Positions 17,607 through 27,480 of a stretch of DNA of 64,000 bases are shown here, one piece after another; position 1 is the stretch's first letter; the number at the start of each line of letters is the position of its first letter. Under the pieces are notes generated by a model. It saw only the letters and a list, made by a program, of their open reading frames with translations, was not told where the DNA came from and did not search any database. The translations under genes and the position numbers were made by a program. The stretch spans positions 92,971-156,970 of the forward strand of contig CANRHL010000001.1 of the NCBI GenBank assembly GCA_947630405.1, given 5' to 3'. This DNA is from an uncultured Clostridia bacterium. Its GTDB lineage: Bacteria > Bacillota > Clostridia > Christensenellales > UBA1242.

Positions 17607-18119
17607 ATGGATTTATCAAATTATCAAATAAAAATTAACGAAAGTTACCCACAAATTGAAAATGCCGAGCCAGATATTAACACAGTGAACATTTTAAAGG
17701 CGCTTGCATTTTCTAGAACGGGGGAACTAAGTGGCGTGCTAACTTATGTGTATCAATCCAACATCGCAGACCGAACAGATAGCGATTTAGGCGAACTTTT
17801 TGAGGAAATTGCCATAACCGAAATGATGCACCTAAACATGCTCATGCACGCAATTAGCGAATTTGGTGGCACGCCTAAATATGAAAGTGCGGGCGCATAT
17901 TTTAACGCATCGTGCGTGAATTACACCACTAAATTAAAGGAAATGTTGGAAAATAATATTCAAGCAGAACAAGGCGCAATTGCCGATTACACTGAGGCAA
18001 TAAAACGCGTTAAAAACGAAAGTTTAAAATCACTTTTTGCCCGCATTATTAAGGACGAGGAATTGCACCTAAATGCGTTTAAAAATTTAAGAGATACCGT
18101 TCAGTTTTTATCTATTTAA
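17607..18119 (+). CDS. ferritin-like di-iron/manganese fold protein (CotJC / Mn-catalase-like)
   Basis: AAGGAG SD. Paired ExxH-type helices: EEIAITEMMHLNML and IIKDEELHLNAF, plus QAEQGAIADY. Confidence 0.55.
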   Translation: MDLSNYQIKINESYPQIENAEPDINTVNILKALAFSRTGELSGVLTYVYQSNIADRTDSDLGELFEEIAITEMMHLNMLMHAISEFGGTPKYESAGAYFNASCVNYTTKLKEMLENNIQAEQGAIADYTEAIKRVKNESLKSLFARIIKDEELHLNAFKNLRDTVQFLSI

Positions 18120-18130
18120 ACTTTACTATT

Positions 18131-18166
18131 TAAAAAACCAACTTTTTGTTGGCTTTTTATTTTTTA
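18131..18166. terminator. short bidirectional terminator-like hairpin
   Basis: AAAAAACCAAC-TTTTT-GTTGGCTTTTTATTTTTT; only a 5-bp stem. Confidence 0.4.
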
Positions 18167-18214
18167 AATTAAATTTATTAATTATTTTTTAAAAATTTGC
18201 TTAAAAAATTAAAA

Positions 18215-18266
18215 TTTTTGCATTTTTTGCATATTTTTTGCATATTTTTTGCGTATTTTTTGTAAT
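18215..18266. repeat. tandem 11-bp repeat TTTTTTGCATA (about 5 units, helically phased T-tracts)
   Basis: The GCAT/GCGT/GTAA cores start at 18220, 18229, 18240, 18251 and 18262, i.e. spacings of 9, 11, 11 and 11 bp. Confidence 0.75.
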
Positions 18267-18332
18267 TTTCTTTAAATTTTTTTAAATTTTTATTATTTTT
18301 TATTTAATTTATTCAACTCCAAATTATTCTTC

Positions 18333-18375
18333 TTATGTCATGTTTAGCGTAGCGTAAACGCAGCCGAAACATCTT
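18333..18375 (+). repeat. degenerate copy of the GTCATTCTGAGCG...TCGAAGAATCT interspersed repeat
   Basis: TTATGTCATGTTTAGCGTAGCGTAAACGCAGCCGAAACATCTT compared with the copies at 29289, 29679 and 51859. Confidence 0.4.
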
Positions 18376-18413
18376 TTAAAATAATTTTTCAAAAATACAT
18401 TTTTAATTATTTT

Positions 18414-19136
18414 TTATTTTGAATAGAGCATTAATTCTCTTAATTTTCCAAATTTATTAATTTCTTTTAAATTCTTTTTATTAATTACAGTGTGCGCTTT
18501 AATTAATATTTCATTATTAAAATTAAATATATCCTTTGTGCAGATGCGGCCTAAAAGAAAATCGGCATTTTGATTATTTTTTATTTCTTCCACTGGGGCG
18601 GCGGTTGGCTTTATTTCTTCTGCTATTGGCTGAATTTCTGCCGTTTGAACGTTTATTGTTTTAAATATTTTAGGGCTTTTATTTGGGGTGAATTTTTTAA
18701 CATTAATTTTATCGCTATCCTCATAAAAAATTGTGGTGTTTTTGCCCGAGGATGCAAGTTGGCTTACGTCAAGTGTGCTATTTTCTAGCAAAAATTTTTC
18801 ACACAAGAATTTTTCGCTTACACTAATCTCTTTAATTATGCCTAAAAATTCACCTTTAATTGTGTAGGCCTTTGAATTAATTGGGGCGGCAACAAAATTG
18901 GTTTCTTCCACTTTTAAATTTACCGCCTGATTATTCCTTACCGTTATTGCATTTTTGCCAATGTGGTAAATATTTTTTGTTGGCAGCGTTAATTTTGCGC
19001 CGTCCGCACCAACAAGTTCAATTTCCACTAATTTTTTTAATTTTTTATCAAAAAAAAGCTTGTCCACCACGCCAATTAAATCGCCTTCATAAAGAGATAA
19101 AACGTTTAAACCTAAAAATTCTTTACAATAATACAT
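18414..19136 (-). CDS. PRC-barrel domain protein (two PRC-like repeats; YlmC/YmxH-like)
   Basis: GGAG SD. The N-terminus LGLNVLSLYEGDLIGVVDKLFFDKKLKKLVEIEL and a second segment AYTIKGEFLGIIKEISV fit the PRC-barrel pattern. Confidence 0.45.
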   Translation of the reverse strand: MYYCKEFLGLNVLSLYEGDLIGVVDKLFFDKKLKKLVEIELVGADGAKLTLPTKNIYHIGKNAITVRNNQAVNLKVEETNFVAAPINSKAYTIKGEFLGIIKEISVSEKFLCEKFLLENSTLDVSQLASSGKNTTIFYEDSDKINVKKFTPNKSPKIFKTINVQTAEIQPIAEEIKPTAAPVEEIKNNQNADFLLGRICTKDIFNFNNEILIKAHTVINKKNLKEINKFGKLRELMLYSK

Positions 19137-19275
19137 AATTTACTCCTAAATTAATGTATGTTTAAATTTTTACATTATGATTGGCTTAAAAATTTTAAAA
19201 AAATAAAAATTGTCTAATTTGTTTGATTTATAGCAAATTTTGGGGTATAATAAAATTAACAAAAATAGGGGTAAT

Positions 19276-20979
19276 ATGAAAAAGTTAAGGTGGTTAGCAT
19301 TGTTTTTAATATTTGTTCCTTTTGCTTTTTTTGCGTGCAATAATAATAGGCCAACCCTGCCCGTACCAACAAACATTGAGGTGAGCGATGGCGTTATTAG
19401 TTTTGTGCGCGTTGAAAATGCAGACTCCTACATAATTTATATAAACGATTTTTCAGTTAGAATTTTAGATAAAGAGGTGGGCGAAAATAGCAAGGTTACA
19501 CTTAAAACGGTTGCCGGAGTGAATTATTTATACTACGATGCAAGCGCGGCGCTTGTTTTAGGCGAAAGTTACAATTTAAGAATTAAAGCCTCTGGGCCAA
19601 ACTTTAATGATAGCGAGTTAACCGAACAAATAACATACACTTACACCCTTCCACTTAACAAGCCAAACCGAGTGTTTTTAAACGGCACGGTTTTAAGCTG
19701 GGATGCGGTTGAAAGCGCAAGCTCATATAACCTTAAAATTGAAATGCCAAACGGCGAGAGCAGAACAGTTTCATGCAAGGATAATAATTACGATTTTGAG
19801 CGTGTTTTAACCGAGGCGGGCTATTACAATTTTTATGTTCAAGCAGTAAGCACAAACGAATTATATTCAAATAGCGACTTTACCGAAAAAACAACATATT
19901 TAAACAAAGTTGAGCTTAATGTGCCAACAGTTAGCGAGGTGCATGAAATAGATGGAGAATTGCATCTGCTTGTTGTGCTTGACGATAACGCCAACGCGCT
20001 AACAATTAAAGTGAACGGCAGCGAACTTACAAACGAGTTGACACCTGATTCAGTTTGGTGCGAAAAAACCGATAATTTGTTAGATGTTAATATAAATAAA
20101 TTTTTTAAAAATACAAATTTAGATTTCACTCAATTTAGGCAATATAGTGTTAGCGCAAAATCTAGTTACATAACGCACAACGAGGCGGAAAGGTTTTATG
20201 TTGACTCGCAGTATAGTGAAATAAAAATTTACGAAAAGAATTACACCCCTGCTGCACCAACGGTTAGCTTAGATGCTGAAAATGTTTTGCACTTTAGTTC
20301 AACCGAGCAGCAGTTCACAGGTTTTGATTTGTATGTTGCCACTCGAAGTGGGGTGGATGTGATAAGTGTTGGCACGCAAAGCGAAAATTACAAACTGTCA
20401 AGCAATGTCATCTGTGCGGCGGTTAGGTGTGTGGGCATGGGCAATTATGCTCCGTCAAAATTATCCAATTGGGTTTATGCGGATGGGCTAGATGAAATTG
20501 AACAAGAATTATCAATTAGCCAAAATGCAAACACATTTAGTTTCAGCGAAATTGTAGGTGCAAATTATGTTGTTGAAATGGACGGCGAAATAATTATCAC
20601 TAGCCAAAACGAAATTACGCTTAATTTAAAAGATAAAACAAACATTACCGTTACTGCAATAATTGAAGGCCACAAGCCAAAAACAGTTAGTGCGCAAATT
20701 GAAAAATTATTTCTTACCCTAAACGCAGCTGAAGGCGAAATTAATAGCACAATTGAATTTGCAAAAAATGAAAATGCGCTTGGCTATTATGTTTATATTA
20801 AATCGGGCGAGAGCGAGCAAAAAATTGACCACCTTTTTGTTAGCAACAAAATTGATTTATCTAATTATTTAGCGGGCGCGGGCGAATATGAAATTTATGT
20901 TCAAGCGGTGGCAGATAAATATAGTGAATTTAGAGATAGCGCAAAAGTAAAACTTGGCACAGTTAGAATTGCTGAATAA
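19276..20979 (+). CDS. surface lipoprotein built from Fn3-like modules
   Basis: The ATG at 19276 follows AGGGG. Lipobox FAFFAC. At least five modules with the pattern (V/L)xW/FxxVxxAxxYx(I/L), e.g. VISFVRVENADSYIIYI, VLSWDAVESASSYNLKI, IEFAKNENALGYYVYI. Confidence 0.8.
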   Translation: MKKLRWLALFLIFVPFAFFACNNNRPTLPVPTNIEVSDGVISFVRVENADSYIIYINDFSVRILDKEVGENSKVTLKTVAGVNYLYYDASAALVLGESYNLRIKASGPNFNDSELTEQITYTYTLPLNKPNRVFLNGTVLSWDAVESASSYNLKIEMPNGESRTVSCKDNNYDFERVLTEAGYYNFYVQAVSTNELYSNSDFTEKTTYLNKVELNVPTVSEVHEIDGELHLLVVLDDNANALTIKVNGSELTNELTPDSVWCEKTDNLLDVNINKFFKNTNLDFTQFRQYSVSAKSSYITHNEAERFYVDSQYSEIKIYEKNYTPAAPTVSLDAENVLHFSSTEQQFTGFDLYVATRSGVDVISVGTQSENYKLSSNVICAAVRCVGMGNYAPSKLSNWVYADGLDEIEQELSISQNANTFSFSEIVGANYVVEMDGEIIITSQNEITLNLKDKTNITVTAIIEGHKPKTVSAQIEKLFLTLNAAEGEINSTIEFAKNENALGYYVYIKSGESEQKIDHLFVSNKIDLSNYLAGAGEYEIYVQAVADKYSEFRDSAKVKLGTVRIAE

Positions 20980-21002
20980 AAACATTTTAACTAGTTAAAC
21001 TA
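20973..21002 (+). promoter_or_regulatory. possible forespore (sigma-G-like) promoter of the ger operon
   Basis: TGAATA (20973-20978), 17 nt, TAAACTA (20996-21002), compared with the sigma-G consensus TGAATA / CATACTA. The ATG lies 6 nt after the hexamer and there is no SD. Confidence 0.3.
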
Positions 21003-21007
21003 GCATT

Positions 21008-22465
21008 ATGAAGTTTAATGCAGTTGAAACTAAAAAAGATATTGAACAAAAACTGCACAATAGTAGCGATTTAAAATCTCGCACCGTGCAGTTTTTTGAA
21101 AAGACAATTGTGTTAATGTACATTGCCGATATAACCGACAATGTTTTGTTTAATCAAACTCTAATTGCGCCAATAACAAATTACAACAAGCCGCTTGAAA
21201 AAGACGTTATTACAGAACTTAAAGAAAAGGTGCTGGCAAGCCATGAAGTTATTGAATATGAAACCATTGAGGAAGCAATGGACGATATGCTTTCGGGCAA
21301 GAGCATCGTTATTGTGGATGGCGAAGAAAAAATTTTAGGCCTAGACACCGAAAAAATTACCACTCGCCCGGTTATGGAGCCACCAACAAGCGTGGTGGTT
21401 AAAGGTCCGAGAGAAGGGTTTACTGAAAGCATAAAATACAACATTGCGCTAATTAGAAAGCGCGTTAGAACGCCCGATTTGGTTGTGAACATTATGGATA
21501 TTGGCGAACTAACTAAAACGCAAGTTGGCGTTGTTTATTTTGATTCGGTGGCGGATAAAACCGTGGTTAGCGACATTGAAAAAAAGTTAAAAAAAATTAA
21601 AATTGATGGCGTTCTTGATGCGCACTATTTAATTTCATATTTGCAGCGAAATTCAAAATCCATGTTCAAGCAAATTGGTGATGTTGAAAAACCCGATGTG
21701 TTGGTTGGCAAAATGCTTGAAGGCAGAGTTGGCATAATTGTTGACGGCTCGCCAATTGTTTTAACCATGCCATTTGTGTTGGTTGAGGATTTGCAAAATA
21801 GCGATGATTATTATAGCCAGCCAATCCGCGTTGGATTTGTGCGAGTGCTAAGGTTGTTGGGTGTAATTTTGGCAGTGGTGTTGCCGGGCGTGTTTATTGC
21901 GCTTGAAATTTATCACTATAAAATTATTCCAACCGAATTTTTAGTAACCATTATGAACACGCGGCAGGGAATACCTTTTTCGCCGTTTGTGGAAGTGTTT
22001 TTCTTGGTTGTGCTATTTGAAATTTTATACGAAGCCAACTTACGCATGCCGCAATATTTTGGTATGGCAATGAGCATTGTGGGCGCGTTAATTTTGGGCG
22101 AAACCACTGTTAATGCTGGGCTTGTTAGCCCGCCCGCCGTTATGATTGTGGCGCTATCTGGCATAACGTTTTACATTGTGCCAAGCCAAGCGGCACAATT
22201 TAGTTTGCTTAGGCTTGCCGCGTGCGTTATTGGGGCTTGCTTGGGGCTTTATGGAATGCTTATATTTTGCGTGTTTATTTTATCGTATCTATCAAGTTTT
22301 GATAGTTACAAATCCGCCTACCTTGCACCAACCGCGCCATACATTGACCGCGACCAGCAAGATAACTTTAAGCGCGATTTAATTAAGAATATGAAAAAGC
22401 GGCCAAAGAGCATTGCAAACAATAGCAAAAATGCAGATAGGAGGGGCGATGAAAATCAATTATAG
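21008..22465 (+). CDS. gerAA: spore germination protein, GerA-family A subunit
   Basis: Soluble N-terminal domain plus about 5 C-terminal TM helices. The motif run PREGFTESI...NIALIRKRV...G and the operon context with B and C subunits. Confidence 0.85.
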   Translation: MKFNAVETKKDIEQKLHNSSDLKSRTVQFFEKTIVLMYIADITDNVLFNQTLIAPITNYNKPLEKDVITELKEKVLASHEVIEYETIEEAMDDMLSGKSIVIVDGEEKILGLDTEKITTRPVMEPPTSVVVKGPREGFTESIKYNIALIRKRVRTPDLVVNIMDIGELTKTQVGVVYFDSVADKTVVSDIEKKLKKIKIDGVLDAHYLISYLQRNSKSMFKQIGDVEKPDVLVGKMLEGRVGIIVDGSPIVLTMPFVLVEDLQNSDDYYSQPIRVGFVRVLRLLGVILAVVLPGVFIALEIYHYKIIPTEFLVTIMNTRQGIPFSPFVEVFFLVVLFEILYEANLRMPQYFGMAMSIVGALILGETTVNAGLVSPPAVMIVALSGITFYIVPSQAAQFSLLRLAACVIGACLGLYGMLIFCVFILSYLSSFDSYKSAYLAPTAPYIDRDQQDNFKRDLIKNMKKRPKSIANNSKNADRRGDENQL

Positions 22466-23570
22466 GCAACTTTCAATTTTGGTTTTTATGAGTTTTATTG
22501 CACTAAAATGTTTGGCATTGCCCGGCCTACTTTACGTTGAAAGCAAAAACATGAGCATGGTGGTGACTCTTGTTTTGATGTTTGTGGATTTTATTTATGC
22601 ACTGCTCATAATTGACCTAATGAAAAAGAGCAACGAAAAAAACATTTTAGATTTTATGACGCGTTGCTTAGGTCCGGTTTTGCCGCGAATTTTTATGGCA
22701 GTTTTAATTGTGAAATATGCGCTTGTGGTTGCGAACATTTCAAAAGGACTTGAATTTTTTGTGGTGGAAAATTTTTATAATTCACTAAATTGGATTGTGT
22801 TTGTGCTGCCGCTAATAATTTTAGTTGGCTTTATGCTTTATAAGGGCATTAGAAACATTGCCCGCGTTAGCGAACTCATCTGTTGGGCAATATTTTTTGG
22901 CTGCTTATATATTGCGTTAAAGTCAATTGCCGGCATTGACGTTTTGAATTTTTTGCCCGCCTTTCACGAGGGGGCATTGCCACTAATAAAAAGTGGTTAC
23001 ACGCACATGAGCTGGTTTGGCTCAAGCACATTTTTGTTGATGCTTTTTGGCAAGGTGGATTTTACAAACGAGAAAAAATTGCAAGTTGTTAAATATTCAT
23101 TTTTAGCAATTGCGCTTGTTATGTTTGTGCACCTTGTGTTTTACGGGTTGTTTGACGTAACCAGCCCTACGCACAATTTTTGCATTAGTGATATTAGCCA
23201 ATATTCAAGCGGGCAATCCTCAATTGACGAACTCTCGTGGTTGGTGGTGTCATTATGGGTTACTGCACAAGCCGTGCAACTTGCCTTATTTGGCTATGCA
23301 ATGATACAAGCCATTAAATTTACATTTAATATTAAGAGCAATGTTTTCCCTATTTTGTTTGTTTTAATTTACATTTTTGTGTGGAGTTTTGTTGGCGAGC
23401 AAACGGTTGGGTTGGAGAGGATTTTCCTATCGCACTTTTCGTCAATTTTAACCATATTCACGGCGTATGTGATACCGCTGATTTTGTACGTTGGTTATGT
23501 TGTTGAGCGGGGAAAGGGTAAGCCAAAAAAGAAGGGGGCTAAAAATGAAAAAGTTAAAGTCAATATTTAG
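22449..23570 (+). CDS. gerAB: spore germination protein, B subunit (APC-type permease, 10 TM)
   Basis: The ATG at 22449 follows AGGAGGGG and overlaps the A subunit by 17 nt. Polytopic membrane protein beginning INYRQLSILVFMSF, typical of GerAB. Confidence 0.8.
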   Translation: MKINYRQLSILVFMSFIALKCLALPGLLYVESKNMSMVVTLVLMFVDFIYALLIIDLMKKSNEKNILDFMTRCLGPVLPRIFMAVLIVKYALVVANISKGLEFFVVENFYNSLNWIVFVLPLIILVGFMLYKGIRNIARVSELICWAIFFGCLYIALKSIAGIDVLNFLPAFHEGALPLIKSGYTHMSWFGSSTFLLMLFGKVDFTNEKKLQVVKYSFLAIALVMFVHLVFYGLFDVTSPTHNFCISDISQYSSGQSSIDELSWLVVSLWVTAQAVQLALFGYAMIQAIKFTFNIKSNVFPILFVLIYIFVWSFVGEQTVGLERIFLSHFSSILTIFTAYVIPLILYVGYVVERGKGKPKKKGAKNEKVKVNI

Positions 23571-24774
23571 CCCGCGCAAAATTATAATTATTTTGTTAAT
23601 TATTGTTGGCATTATAACCGTGCCCGGCTTAAATATGCCCGCAATGAGCGAAACCGAAGCAATTGTTACCATGCTTTGCATGGACAAGCAGGATGAAAAC
23701 ATTGTTGTTAGCGCAACCGTGTTATCTCCGGGTCCAAACAATGTGCCGAACTATCAGGTGTTCACTGGCAGCGGGCAAACGCTTAGCAATGCGGTGGATG
23801 CGGTGTCGCTAACCATTGGCAAAGAAATGGGCTTTGCACAGTGCGAAGTTATGGCGCTTGGCGAAAATTTGTGTGATATTGGCGTTATGCAAACGCTTGA
23901 TTTTATGACGCGCACAAAAAAGGTTGGCAGAAATGCGTATTTAGTAAGTTTTGCGGGCGATATTAACGATTTTAGCGAAAGTATGTCAAATTTAAATAAA
24001 GAAAAATCACTTTCGCTTGAAAAAATTTTAAAATTTGACGAGCGCTATACTCTTATTAAAAATAGCAACATAGAAAATTTTTACATTGGCTATTTTAACG
24101 ATTTATCGCTTGGCGTTATGCCAAAAGTTGAAATAAAAAACACGGAGGACGACAACGCAATTGAAGTGGCAAGCGGCGGGCAATCTGCGGGCGATGAGGC
24201 AGAAACAAAGAGCGGCGAAAAAGAAAAAAAATATTTTGTAAACGATGGCAGCATATCAATTTTTAAAAAGGGCAAACGCGTATTTGACGTGGATAGCAAA
24301 ATGGTTAAAAAAGCAAACTTTTTTGTGAATAACGAACAAGAGGGCGCGTTAGTTATTGAAAATGTTGACGACGATTTATACACCGATGCAACCGTGATTG
24401 TGGATGTTGTTAGAAAACAAAATGAAATTGGTGTGCGTTTTGATGGCGACACTCCTGTGTATAGAAACCACATGGAAATTGTGGTGTTTGTTGAGCAAGT
24501 GCTTGGCAATCAGCCAAAAGAAAATTTGTTAAAACGCAACAAAGATTTTTTAACTAAAACTCTACTTGAACGCATTAAAGAAAAAGTGCAAAACGACATG
24601 CAAGATTGCATTGACTTTTGCAAAACCAACAAAGTGGATTTAATTGACGCATATAAACATTTTTATAAACTTACAAACAAAAAGTTTGAAGAATATTTAA
24701 AAATTACAGGCAAAGAAAATTATTTAGATAACATTAAATTTGAATTTGATATAAAAGTAAGCAACGAATATTAA
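23545..24774 (+). CDS. gerAC: spore germination protein, Ger(x)C-type C subunit
   Basis: The ATG at 23545 follows GAAGGGGG and overlaps the B subunit. Third position of a gerA-type operon and about 409 aa. The N-terminal hydrophobic segment has no lipobox Cys (IIVGIITVPGL). Confidence 0.7.
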   Translation: MKKLKSIFSPRKIIIILLIIVGIITVPGLNMPAMSETEAIVTMLCMDKQDENIVVSATVLSPGPNNVPNYQVFTGSGQTLSNAVDAVSLTIGKEMGFAQCEVMALGENLCDIGVMQTLDFMTRTKKVGRNAYLVSFAGDINDFSESMSNLNKEKSLSLEKILKFDERYTLIKNSNIENFYIGYFNDLSLGVMPKVEIKNTEDDNAIEVASGGQSAGDEAETKSGEKEKKYFVNDGSISIFKKGKRVFDVDSKMVKKANFFVNNEQEGALVIENVDDDLYTDATVIVDVVRKQNEIGVRFDGDTPVYRNHMEIVVFVEQVLGNQPKENLLKRNKDFLTKTLLERIKEKVQNDMQDCIDFCKTNKVDLIDAYKHFYKLTNKKFEEYLKITGKENYLDNIKFEFDIKVSNEY

Positions 24775-24790
24775 TCCGCTTGATAAAATA

Positions 24791-24818
24791 AAAAAATGCA
24801 ATGTTGAATTGCATTTTT
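24791..24818. terminator. bidirectional terminator between the ger operon and pheT
   Basis: AAAAAATGCAAT-GTTGA-ATTGCATTTTT. Confidence 0.6.
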
Positions 24819-27192
24819 ATGTTCTCAAATTTATGTTTTGTGCTTCAAAAGTTTTTATTAAGCGTTTAGAAAATTTTTCAATTTCCTCGCTTGTTAATGT
24901 TTTATCTTTTGGCGTGATTGTAATGTTAATTGTGTAACTTGTTTTGCCCTTTAAAACCTCCTCATTTTTGTAAACGTCTTTTAGGCAATACTCCATAATG
25001 TAGTTACATTTAAAATTACTAATAATGTTATCAATATCTGCATAAGGGCGAGTAGAGTCCATAACAAAATTGAAGTCCAAACTAACGGCTTGGAATTTGC
25101 TTGTGTGCGTAATTTTTGCTGCAAGTTTTTCGGTTTCTAAAAATTTATTCACATCAAGTTCAAGGCAAGCAAAGTGTTTGCGCTTATCAATGTTTTTTGC
25201 AATTGTTGGGTGCAAAATTCCCATTTCACCCAAATGAATATTTCCGCTATCAACTGAACAGGAATTAACCGGGTGATAAATTTCATTTTCAGTTTTATTA
25301 AATTCAATTTTGCAATTAACAAGTTCGCTTGCAACGTATTCCACAATTTGTTTTAATTTAAAATATAAATTCTTTTCGCTTTGCGTTTCGCTTGCAAGCA
25401 CAACGCTTAATTTTTTCTTTTCGTTAACTAAATTATTTTTGTCGAGTTCGTCAAACGTTCTGCCAATTTCAAAAATTGAAATTTCACTAAATTTATTTTT
25501 GTTTTCGTCAGCAAATTTTAATAGCGTTGGAGTGAGCATCGTTCTTAAACCACTTTGCCCGCTTTTGCTTGCATCAATTAAATGCACAACGCTTGTTTGC
25601 TTTATGCCAACTTGTTTGTTGAAATCTAAATAATTCCACACATAACTGTGCACTTCGTTTAAGTTAAAGCGGCTTGCCAACGCAAATTTAATTTGATACT
25701 CTAACTCGTGCGTTGGAATTTTATCAACAGGAGTAAGAGGCATGGACATTGGCGCACTTTCAATGTTATCGTAGCCATACATTCTAAACACTTCTTCAAC
25801 TAAATCCTCGCGAATTGAAACATCTTTTGTGGCGCGGAAAGTTGGCACGTTAACTTTTAAATTTTCTTTATCAACACTAACTTGAAAGCCAAGTCGGGTT
25901 AATATATCGGCAATTTTGTTTGCACTTAGTTTAACACCGCCGCGTTTTGAAATGAAATCGGCAGTTGTGTTGATTGTTATTTTTGGATATTTAAAATTGT
26001 AAACGTCGGTGAAACTTGAAGTGACTTTAACATTTTTATCGGCTTGTTTTAATAGATATAAAAGCCTCTCAGTTGCAGTTAAACACAACTCTGGGTCAAG
26101 CGATTTTTCATAACGCAGACTTGCGTCTGTAATAAGGCCAATTTTTCGGCTAGTTTTTCGAATTGTGGCGCTATCAAAACATGCACTTTCAATCAGCAAA
26201 CTATTTGTGCTTTCGCTTATGCCGGATTTTAATCCGCCCTTAATGCCGGCAATTGCAACCGGCTCTTTTGCTTCGTCGCAAATTATAATTGAGTTAGGCG
26301 CAATTTCATGTTTTTCGCCTTCAAGCGTTTGCATGGTTACCGGCTTTTTGTTTTCAATAACCGTTATGCCTTTAACAACGGCGTTATCAAAAGCATGCAT
26401 TGGCTGGCCAAGTTCAAGCATAACATAGTTGGTTAAATCGGCAAGCAAATTAATATCACGCATGCCGCAATAGTTTAGGCGCAATTTCATAAGCGGGGTG
26501 GATGTGTGGCGCGCAATGTTTTCAACCGTGATGCCGGTGTATCTAAAACAATTTTTAGTTTCAACTTTAATATCTAATTTTTTAAGTTTTTCATATTGCG
26601 AAACATCGTCAAGTTTAAGCGGCTTTAATTTGCGGTTAAAAATTGCAGCAAACTCACGCGCAATGCCGTAATGTCCCCACAAATCTGGGCGGTTGGTTAG
26701 CGATTTGTTGTCAATTTCAATAAGCACATCTTCAACCGGCAAAATATCGTGAATATCTGTGCCAACAACTGCGCTTTCGTCCAACTCAACAATGCCAGAA
26801 GTGTCCGCCTCAATGCCAAGTTCGTTGCCACCACAACACATGCCGTTGCTTGAAACGCCAACCATATTCACCGGCTTAATTTTCATGTCTTTAACTTGCC
26901 CACCAACGCGGCAGAAAAATGTTTTTAACCCGACCCTAACATTTGGCGCGCCGCACACAACTTGCACGGGACTTCCGCTGCCATCGTCAACCATTAAAAC
27001 ATGCAGATGGTCGCTTTTGGGGTGGTTTTCAACCGACAAAATTTTGGCAACCACAATATCTTTAAGGTCGCCGCCAACATGTGTTACGCTTTCAATTTCG
27101 GCGGTGGACAAACCAAAGCGCTTTACTAGTTCGTCAACTTCAATGCCGCTTAAATCAACATATTCTTTAATCCAATTTAATGAAATAATCAT
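24817..27192 (-). CDS. pheT: phenylalanine--tRNA ligase beta subunit
   Basis: MIISLNWIKEYVDL N-terminus, tRNA-binding, B3/4 and B5 domain order, 791 aa, downstream of pheS. Confidence 0.95.
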   Translation of the reverse strand: MIISLNWIKEYVDLSGIEVDELVKRFGLSTAEIESVTHVGGDLKDIVVAKILSVENHPKSDHLHVLMVDDGSGSPVQVVCGAPNVRVGLKTFFCRVGGQVKDMKIKPVNMVGVSSNGMCCGGNELGIEADTSGIVELDESAVVGTDIHDILPVEDVLIEIDNKSLTNRPDLWGHYGIAREFAAIFNRKLKPLKLDDVSQYEKLKKLDIKVETKNCFRYTGITVENIARHTSTPLMKLRLNYCGMRDINLLADLTNYVMLELGQPMHAFDNAVVKGITVIENKKPVTMQTLEGEKHEIAPNSIIICDEAKEPVAIAGIKGGLKSGISESTNSLLIESACFDSATIRKTSRKIGLITDASLRYEKSLDPELCLTATERLLYLLKQADKNVKVTSSFTDVYNFKYPKITINTTADFISKRGGVKLSANKIADILTRLGFQVSVDKENLKVNVPTFRATKDVSIREDLVEEVFRMYGYDNIESAPMSMPLTPVDKIPTHELEYQIKFALASRFNLNEVHSYVWNYLDFNKQVGIKQTSVVHLIDASKSGQSGLRTMLTPTLLKFADENKNKFSEISIFEIGRTFDELDKNNLVNEKKKLSVVLASETQSEKNLYFKLKQIVEYVASELVNCKIEFNKTENEIYHPVNSCSVDSGNIHLGEMGILHPTIAKNIDKRKHFACLELDVNKFLETEKLAAKITHTSKFQAVSLDFNFVMDSTRPYADIDNIISNFKCNYIMEYCLKDVYKNEEVLKGKTSYTINITITPKDKTLTSEEIEKFSKRLIKTFEAQNINLRT

Positions 27193-27206
27193 CTTTTACT
27201 CCTATT

Positions 27207-27407
27207 TTATAAGCTTATTTGATTTTCAGTTTCGTCAAAATCGTTTTTTGCTCTAATATTTTTTAAACCCTTTTTCTTTGGCTTTATGGTAATGTTTTTT
27301 GGTTTATAAAAGCTTTCCATTGACTTAAGTTCTGCTTCTGTATAAACTGTTTTAGTTTTTTTTATGTGTTTGTGTTCTTCAATTTGTGGTAAATTTAATA
27401 TTTTCAT
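27207..27407 (-). CDS. hypothetical small basic protein (66 aa) inserted between pheS and pheT
   Basis: The ATG at 27407 follows AAAGGAGAAATT. Lys-rich; no motif recognised. Confidence 0.4.
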   Translation of the reverse strand: MKILNLPQIEEHKHIKKTKTVYTEAELKSMESFYKPKNITIKPKKKGLKNIRAKNDFDETENQISL

Positions 27408-27480
27408 AATTTCTCCTTTAATTTCGATAACATTAGAAATTTTAAGATTATCTGGCAACTTTGTTGACAGATAATTTCTC

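Noticed and set aside
18215-18266. Possible CRISPR array or promoter cluster (repeated TGCATA resembles a sigma-F/G -35 box)
   Set aside because: The units are 11 bp with no spacers, so this is not a CRISPR array. No matching -10 element or downstream gene exists on either strand, because the region lies between convergent gene ends.
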